This document shows, in pieces, positions 58,168-64,000 of a stretch of DNA of 64,000 nucleotides. Source of the DNA: a candidate division Kazan bacterium RIFCSPHIGHO2_01_FULL_44_14 (GTDB lineage: Bacteria; Patescibacteriota; Kazan-3B-28); assembly GCA_001771185.1 (NCBI GenBank), contig METB01000001.1, forward strand, positions 567,200 to 631,199. The letters run 5' to 3'. Below the pieces are notes generated by a model. It was not told the origin of the DNA. It searched no databases and saw only the letters and a list, made by a program, of their open reading frames with translations. Position 1 is the stretch's first letter, and every line of letters begins with the position of its first letter. The position numbers were made by a program, and so were the translations under genes.

Positions 58168-58496
58168 CCCGTCTTCGGGTCATCCTCGAGCCAAAAGTGC
58201 AACGCTTCGACATCGGGGATCTGTCCCGGTGTGTTATCCCGTCATTCTGGCTTGTTCAGAATCGTATAATAAATCTTTAAATCTTTTCGCTACCATTTTG
58301 TTCGCCCAAAACGGTAGCGCCAAAAGGGCGGCCCGACTGCGCCAAGCTATCCGTAATGTAAAATCGGCTTACCGCTAATGGGCCGAACTCGTCGTCCTGC
58401 TGGACAGCAGGACTCCTCAAACAACGACCCCGCGATGCCGATTTTCCAAACGGATAACGCTCGGCTCCGTAAGGGCGTAAAATCACTAGAGTCCCA

Positions 58497-59231
58497 ATGA
58501 ATGAAATAATTGAATTAGAATTAGAGACCGAAACATTACCAATCGCAGAAGTGGCAGGTTTGAGGGTCGAACTGTATGCCAAGATTAGCGAGGCCTTAGC
58601 GTGGGGAGTTTTCAATAATGAAAAAGCATCTGAATGGGAGGCCGGGTTTGAGGCCTGTACCGAAATTGAACACATGGAGAATTTGGTTGAAATTATTGAT
58701 GAATTTATTGATTCGGGGCGGGAGTTAATTTATCAATTAGAAACCACACTGGCAAATGAGGCATTTATCGAATCGGAACGCCAACAAAAGCGGAGTGAAG
58801 TGGAACAACTTAGTTTCCGGGCCCAAGAATGGATGCTAAGACAACTATCCGACACGGTTGACCGAGTTGAAAAACAGAGACAGAAATTGGTAGTGATTTT
58901 GTCGAATAGTCACCATATATCATCAGAGACCGCTAAAAGGTTATTGGGTAAATTCGTTGAAACAGAGTCGGAACGAAAAGAAATAGTTTTAGATGAGGCA
59001 GTGCAGTTGGAACTTAAAAACACCGCTGAATACAGGCGGTTAAATCGAGAAACTCAAGATCAGGTTCGTCAATTAATTTTAGCTGGTGAATTAGATTCGG
59101 CTGAACAGATGTTGGGTGGGGCTTTGCCGAAAGTAATTAGTGTGGCTGAATATGTTTCTTTACGAGGAGAATTAGATATAGCACAAATACGAGAAGCGCG
59201 AGCAAATCTAGTTAGTTCTTCGAGCGCATAA
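58497..59231 (+). CDS. hypothetical coiled-coil protein
   Basis: 244 aa, acidic, heptad-rich. Confidence 0.4.
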   Translation: MNEIIELELETETLPIAEVAGLRVELYAKISEALAWGVFNNEKASEWEAGFEACTEIEHMENLVEIIDEFIDSGRELIYQLETTLANEAFIESERQQKRSEVEQLSFRAQEWMLRQLSDTVDRVEKQRQKLVVILSNSHHISSETAKRLLGKFVETESERKEIVLDEAVQLELKNTAEYRRLNRETQDQVRQLILAGELDSAEQMLGGALPKVISVAEYVSLRGELDIAQIREARANLVSSSSA

Positions 59232-59375
59232 CGGCACTCGACCCGTTCCCGCCTTGTCTTGTGTTTTTGTCATTCTGAACGAAGTGAAAAATCTAGTCCC
59301 GGTAGGCCGGGACGTTTCTTCTGCCACCATTTTGCTCACCCAAAACGGTGGCGCCAAAAGGGTGCCCCCACTCAC

Positions 59376-59545
59376 CAATTGCTAGCCAAAATAGAAAATC
59401 ACCCTTTCTGGTCTCCTCGCCCGCATTGCTACGCAAAGCGTTGCGGGCGGGTAACGCAAACTCTTCTGCTGTACAGCAGGATCAAACATGCGGCTTCACC
59501 CACCGAGATTTAGTTCAGTTCAGGACAGTCCTCGTCCTAAGGCCA
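59376..59545 (+). repeat. structured dispersed repeat, partial copy 3 of the 12944/14386 family plus 3' module shared with 47385-47440
   Basis: Shares CACCCTTTCTGGTCTCCTCGCCCGCATTGCTACGCAAAGCGTTGCGGGCGGGTAACGCAAACT with copies 1-2, with a different but again self-complementary variable hairpin (TCCTGCTGTACAGCAGGA). Confidence 0.7.
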
Positions 59546-59795
59546 AGTTGGGATTTGGGATTTGTTTAGAAATTAGATATTAGTCCGCCGGCTGGCGGAC
59601 TGAAAGAATACCTTAATTTCTAATTTCTAATCAAATCCCAATGACTGAATGTTTAAAAATTAAGACATTAGGTAATTCACTCAAAATTCAAAATTCATCA
59701 TTCAAAATTATTTACCAAGATACCATAACTTTTAACTGATTACTTTGGTTGTTGCTGTGGACCTGTCTGACCGGTAGGCAGGGTATAATTGGAAT

Positions 59796-60026
59796 ATGAG
59801 AGTTAAAGTGTTGGCGGTACCGAGATCTTCTCGCAATGCTATCGAAGAACTGCCAGATGGCAGTTTAAAAGTGTGGGTGCAAACAGTTCCAGAAAAAGGA
59901 AAAGCGAATATTGCAGTGATTGAAGTTCTGTCACTTCATTTCCGAGTGCCAAAAAGTAAGATTGAGTTGATTTCGGGGCATCGGGATAAACATAAGGTGT
60001 TTGAGATAATTTCGAATCAAATCTAA
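59796..60026 (+). CDS. DUF167/YggU-family protein
   Basis: 76 aa; family-typical MRVKVLAVPRSSRNAIEE...VWVQTVPEKGKANIAVIEVLS; GGTATAAT box ~7 nt upstream of the ATG. Confidence 0.65.
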   Translation: MRVKVLAVPRSSRNAIEELPDGSLKVWVQTVPEKGKANIAVIEVLSLHFRVPKSKIELISGHRDKHKVFEIISNQI

Positions 60027-60152
60027 GTGGCTGAATGTTTAAAAATTAAGACATTAGGTAATTCACTCAAAATTCAAAATTCTAGCCCCCTAGATCTGTC
60101 TAAAGAGAGGGGAGAGGGTAATGTAGGATGTGTAGATATTATACTATTGACA

Positions 60153-60174
60153 ATATAACGAATTCGTTATATTA
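60153..60174. promoter_or_regulatory. perfect 22-bp palindrome (putative HigBA operator) abutting the higB start
   Basis: aatataacgaattcgttatatt is its own reverse complement. Confidence 0.5.
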
Positions 60175-60485
60175 TGAAAATGAAAGTATTTATTGATTCT
60201 CGGATAGGTTCCTTTATAGATAATCTTTCCGAAGAGCTTCAGGCGGATGTATGGGAGTATATAAAACTCTTGGAAGACAACGGCTTCACTCTGTTCCCAC
60301 CCGTGTTCAAAAAGTTGTCTGGGCATAAGCTTTGGGAGTTAAGACCGAAAAATGTTCGTCTTTTGTTGGGGAAGATAAAAGACGGGGTAGTGGTGGTAGT
60401 TGGTTTCTATAAGACAACCAATCAAACTCCTCAACGGCATATCAAATTAGCATTGGAAAGGATGAAATTATGGCAAACAAAGTAA
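60174..60485 (+). CDS. higB: type II toxin-antitoxin system toxin, HigB/Gp49-like (RelE/ParE superfamily)
   Basis: 103 aa; Gp49-family pattern KLSGHKLWELRPKNVRLLLGKI...VVVVVGFYKTTNQTPQRHIKLALERMK; overlaps the downstream XRE gene (toxin-first HigBA order). Confidence 0.6.
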   Translation: MKMKVFIDSRIGSFIDNLSEELQADVWEYIKLLEDNGFTLFPPVFKKLSGHKLWELRPKNVRLLLGKIKDGVVVVVGFYKTTNQTPQRHIKLALERMKLWQTK

Positions 60486-60757
60486 AACTTATTCCATTCA
60501 GTCAAGTTGAGAAAAGATGGATGAAGAATCCCGAATTTCGTCGTATCGTCAAGGAGCGCGAACCTCACTTTAATGTTGTAAGACAACTTGTAAAAGAAAG
60601 AATCAAGCAGAAGCGAACTCAAGAATATATGGCTAAGAAGACGGGGTTGCGACAAGAGGCAATTTCTGCGATGGAATCTTTAAAGCGAGAACCCCAGCTT
60701 TCTACGTTGTATAAGTATGCCACTGCGCTTGGTGTGAAGGCACTGAAATTGTCCTAA
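60470..60757 (+). CDS. higA: HigA-like antitoxin, XRE-family HTH
   Basis: 95 aa; HTH KKTGLRQEAISAMESLKREPQLSTLYKYATALGVKL; 16-nt overlap with higB. Confidence 0.55.
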   Translation: MANKVKLIPFSQVEKRWMKNPEFRRIVKEREPHFNVVRQLVKERIKQKRTQEYMAKKTGLRQEAISAMESLKREPQLSTLYKYATALGVKALKLS

Positions 60758-61181
60758 TCTTTTGTTGAGGCATACTTGAAGTTAGTGAGACGATTTAGCT
60801 CAATTTAGAACGACCGACCTCCAAAGGGCCGGTAGAGTCAATGATATAATAATTCTAGCTATCATCCCAGGGGTGGTGGCTGTTGTACTCCTCCCAATGG
60901 ATTCTCGGATAGCTCTGTGGTTTGTGACCGGCGCGACGGGCCAATTGTGCTACCTCTGAATTGGTCGTGGAGTCAACCTACACATTGTTAACGACATCAG
61001 ACATGGGATTGAAAATCAAAATCCTTTATCGTCGGGCAGACAACGGTCGGATTGTAACTAGGGAGTTCGCGGTTAAGCATCCAAAGACCACAGTTAAAGA
61101 GACGATGAAGATAGCGACCAAGAAGTAGTAGACAATCGTTGGGGGATAATGCGCCGGATGTCCCCCGGCGGGGTATAATCA

Positions 61182-61607
61182 ATGAAGGTTATGGTCGTAA
61201 AAACACTTAAAGAATTATTAGAGCACGATTCTCGATTAGAAGCCATACGTTCAGAGCTTGAGGCGAATATTGGCGACGAACAGTTGGAGTATGCTCTTAT
61301 TTTGGAGTCAAGAGGATCGTTACAGAAACCACCATCGGCGAATGGAATTTTACCTAGCGTGGCTATTTTGACGGCTAGGGAGCTGATATTGGTGGAGACG
61401 AAACCTAACAAAGAAGATGCAAGGGGGTATATACCGATCATCAATAGGATGTTAATTGCTGATATTGTTGGAACGACACAAGAGGCCGGTAGGTTTAAGG
61501 TATTGTTGGGAGGTGGCGGTAATGTTGTGTTTGATGTAGACCAGCCTTCTGCGCTACTACCATTCATAGGGACACTAAGCGGTCTTATACGAAATGTCTC
61601 CAGTTAA
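61182..61607 (+). CDS. hypothetical protein
   Basis: 141-aa ORF with a GGGGTATAAT box just upstream. Confidence 0.4.
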   Translation: MKVMVVKTLKELLEHDSRLEAIRSELEANIGDEQLEYALILESRGSLQKPPSANGILPSVAILTARELILVETKPNKEDARGYIPIINRMLIADIVGTTQEAGRFKVLLGGGGNVVFDVDQPSALLPFIGTLSGLIRNVSS

Positions 61608-61851
61608 AGGAACGACTACATTTACTGATCCGACAAAGTTGCAGTGGTGGCAAACACCAGCAGGGTATTGGGTGTCTATCATTCTTGTGGCGATTGTTTC
61701 CACTGGCCTTGGTTTGCTCGTTAATCATTTTGGATTTGGTGCTCGTATCGCGGCACTTGAAATATCTCGTGATGATGCTAAGCAAAACTCGGATAGAATA
61801 GAGAGTAGGGTTACCAGAATTGAGGATAATTTTCTACGAAAACTCCCTTAA
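61594..61851 (+). CDS. hypothetical small membrane protein
   Basis: 85 aa with one TM helix; overlaps the previous gene by 14 nt. Confidence 0.4.
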   Translation: MSPVKGTTTFTDPTKLQWWQTPAGYWVSIILVAIVSTGLGLLVNHFGFGARIAALEISRDDAKQNSDRIESRVTRIEDNFLRKLP

Positions 61852-61951
61852 GTAAACGATTGACTCTAAGACAAGATTGTGGTAAAAATCCTACTTCAAA
61901 TTGATAATGTTCGGTTAGAAGGCCCAGGGCGGGGGTGGGGTATAATTGAGA

Positions 61952-64000
61952 CATGAAAGAAGTAGCCCAAGAAAAGATTAGGGCTTTAGTTGAGAAGTAC
62001 AACGAGGTTAAAGCAGCAGGAAAACTAAAGTCGTATACCGAGGAAGAGACCAAAAAAGAATTTATTCTTCCTCTTTTTGAGGCGTTGGGGTGGGAGGTAC
62101 ACAAAAAAGAAGAGGTATCTGCAGAAGAAAAGATTTCTTCTAGTTTTGTTGATTATGGTTTTTATTCTGATGGCAGAGTTAAGTTTTATCTTGAGGCCAA
62201 AAAACTTGGTGCGGATTTGCATAAAGAAGAATTTGCAAATCAGGCAATACGTTACTCGTGGAACAAGGGAGCTACTTGGGCCGTACTTACAGATTTCGAA
62301 AGTATTAAAGTGTTTAATGCACAGGTAATAGATGGTTCATTGTCGGATAAACTCTTTTTTGAAATTTCGTGTACAGAATACTTGGAACGATTGGATCAAC
62401 TGTGGTTGTTATCAAAAGAGTCGTTCAATAAAAATCTTTTGGATAAATGCGCTGAGGGGTGGGGTAAAAAACTTCAGCGTATTTCTGTTACTAATCTTTT
62501 ATATAAAGACCTACAAAAATGTCGTGCTATTCTTACTAAATCACTTTCCGCATGGAACCCTAAAGTTGATAAGGATTTATTGGATGAGGGTGTCCAAAAG
62601 CTTTTGGATCGGATAATTTTCATTCGGGTTGCGGAAGACAGAGATATTGAACCCAAGACACTTATTCCTATGATTCGTGAATGGGAACCACAGAAGGGTA
62701 GAATCACGCTTTACAAAATGATGGTGGATAAGTTCAGGGAACTGGATGACATATATGACTCAAATTTGTTTTCGAAGCACTCATTTGAAACATGGGATGA
62801 ATATGATGGATCTACATCTGAAGTAATTAAAATCCTTCACGGCAAAGAAGGGTATTATGAATACGATTTTCGCGCTATGCCCACAGATGTTCTTGGTGCA
62901 GTATATGAAAATTATCTTGGCTATAAACTAGAGCAGTCCCAAAAAGGAGTCGCGGTTCAGAAAGATACGAAAAAACGCAAAGAGCAAGGAATATACTACA
63001 CTCCCACGTACGTTGTGGACTACATAGTAAAGAATGCTTTAGGTCCCGTTTTGAACCAGTGCAAAACTATCACCGATCTCAAAAAGATTCGGATCTTGGA
63101 TCCAGCTTGTGGATCTGGATCATTTTTGATCAAAGCATTCGAATTGTTGGTTGAGAAATACAAAGAATTTGGTGTAAAAGAGAGTTCCTTGTCTAAATAT
63201 GAAATTCTTACCCAAAATATTTATGGAGTGGATTTAGATCCACAGGCCGTCGAGATTGCGCGGCTCAATCTTTTGTTGGCGGCGTTGGATAAAAAAATCA
63301 AGTTACCACTATTAACACATAATATTCAGATGGGCAATTCTCTTATTTCTGGCTCTGACGATGAATTGAAAAAATATTTTGGCAATGATTTTCGTAAGCA
63401 AATGCCGTTTGAGTGGGAGAAAGAATTCAAAGAAATATTCGAACAAGGAGGTTTCGATGTCGTACTGGGAAACCCGCCATGGGGTGCCATGCTCGATAGT
63501 TCGATGAAGCAATATCTAGTAGAAAAATATGAATTTCTAGAATACCAAATCGACACCTACGTAGCTTTTATTGGGAGAGCGTTCCAACTCTTAAAGGAGA
63601 AGGGGAGAATGTCATTTGTTGTACCATCGACCTGGTTGAATATGCATTATTTTAAAAAAATAAGACGGCTATTAATTGAGAATTCTCGTTTGGAGAAGAT
63701 GATAGTTTTTCTATACCAGGTGTTCAACAGAGTGACAGCAGAAATTTGTATTTTTGTTTGTAGTAAAGTCCAACCAGCAGATGGCGAGGTTCTAGTCGCT
63801 AATGTTAAAAGCGTGGAAGAATTCGGCAACATTCAATACGATAAGATAAAACAAAATCTTTGGGTAGGCAACTACGAGTTGGGTTTCAATACTTTTTATA
63901 GTGCAAGTGAGGTTGCCCTTGTCAATAGAGTTTCAGAGGGAACTATTGTTCTGGATGAAATTGCTGATATTACCGTCGGAATAAAACCATACCAAGTGGG
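61952..64000 (+). CDS. type IIL/IIG restriction-modification enzyme, MmeI-like (N-terminal PD-(D/E)XK nuclease plus gamma-class N6-adenine methyltransferase); partial, continues past the window
   Basis: Open frame from the ATG at 61952 to the window end (no stop). N-terminal HsdR-N/Mrr-like YTEEETKKEFILPLFEALGW...VDYGFY...LEAKKLG (D...EAK). MTase motif I ILDPACGSGSFL then motif IV GNPPWG. GGTATAAT 6-7 nt upstream of the ATG. Confidence 0.7.

Noticed and set aside
58200-58497. Cobalamin riboswitch or other leader associated with nrdJ
   Set aside because: nrdJ is the B12-dependent isozyme and sits directly after nrdR with a 2-nt gap. No B12-box-like sequence (conserved GCCACUG region) was seen in flanking regions. 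The structured sequence 3' of nrdJ belongs to the dispersed CCTGCTGGACAGCAGGAC hairpin family.
1-64000. rRNA genes, prophage structural genes or integrase
   Set aside because: No 16S/23S/5S-like conserved blocks and no integrase, terminase or capsid-like ORFs were recognised. The only recombinase is the IS110-type transposase.

Overview
This 64-kb window looks like a compact, gene-dense bacterial chromosome at roughly 45% GC. Genes are small, many intergenic regions carry short structured repeats, and several promoters sit directly on the start codon. This is consistent with a reduced-genome (Patescibacteria/CPR-like) organism, but that assignment is inference only. The housekeeping backbone, in order, is:

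- trigger factor and ClpP (separated by an insertion)
- DNA polymerase III delta-prime
- a tRNA cluster Thr(GGU)-Tyr-Thr(UGU), whose first tRNA carries a ~196-nt insertion compatible with a group I intron in its anticodon loop
- the L11-L1 ... L10-L7/L12 ribosomal protein cluster, followed by tgt
- secD/secF, recJ, hisS, rpsU, ybeY, ftsA/ftsZ, and nrdR-nrdJ (class II B12-dependent ribonucleotide reductase)

The accessory and unusual content is:

1. A controller-protein type II restriction-modification system (controller protein and putative endonuclease on one strand, a convergent beta-class SPPY methyltransferase on the other).
2. A complete thymidylate-synthesis module inserted between rplA and rplJ: four-helix-bundle protein, dUTPase, a divergent ThyA, a DHFR fused to a GalT-like HIT domain, dCMP deaminase and a cytidylyltransferase.
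3. A candidate RiPP-type locus, which is the most interesting part of the window. It runs from a 1414-aa class-III nucleotide cyclase / STAND NTPase / TPR protein, through an HExxH protein and a radical-SAM/SPASM enzyme, to an unannotated 40-aa Cys/Asp-rich peptide gene that has its own RBS and terminator.
4. An IS110-family (DEDD) transposase flanked by structured, duplicated non-coding segments that could encode a bridge-RNA-like guide.
5. A lone Cas2-fold-like gene flanked by near-identical 30-bp palindromes.
6. A HigB/HigA toxin-antitoxin pair with a perfect 22-bp palindromic operator.
7. A partial MmeI-like type IIL restriction-modification enzyme at the window edge.
8. Several families of dispersed or tandem structured repeats, one of which sits in-frame inside holB.

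All coordinates for small elements are hand-counted and may be off by 1-2 nt.
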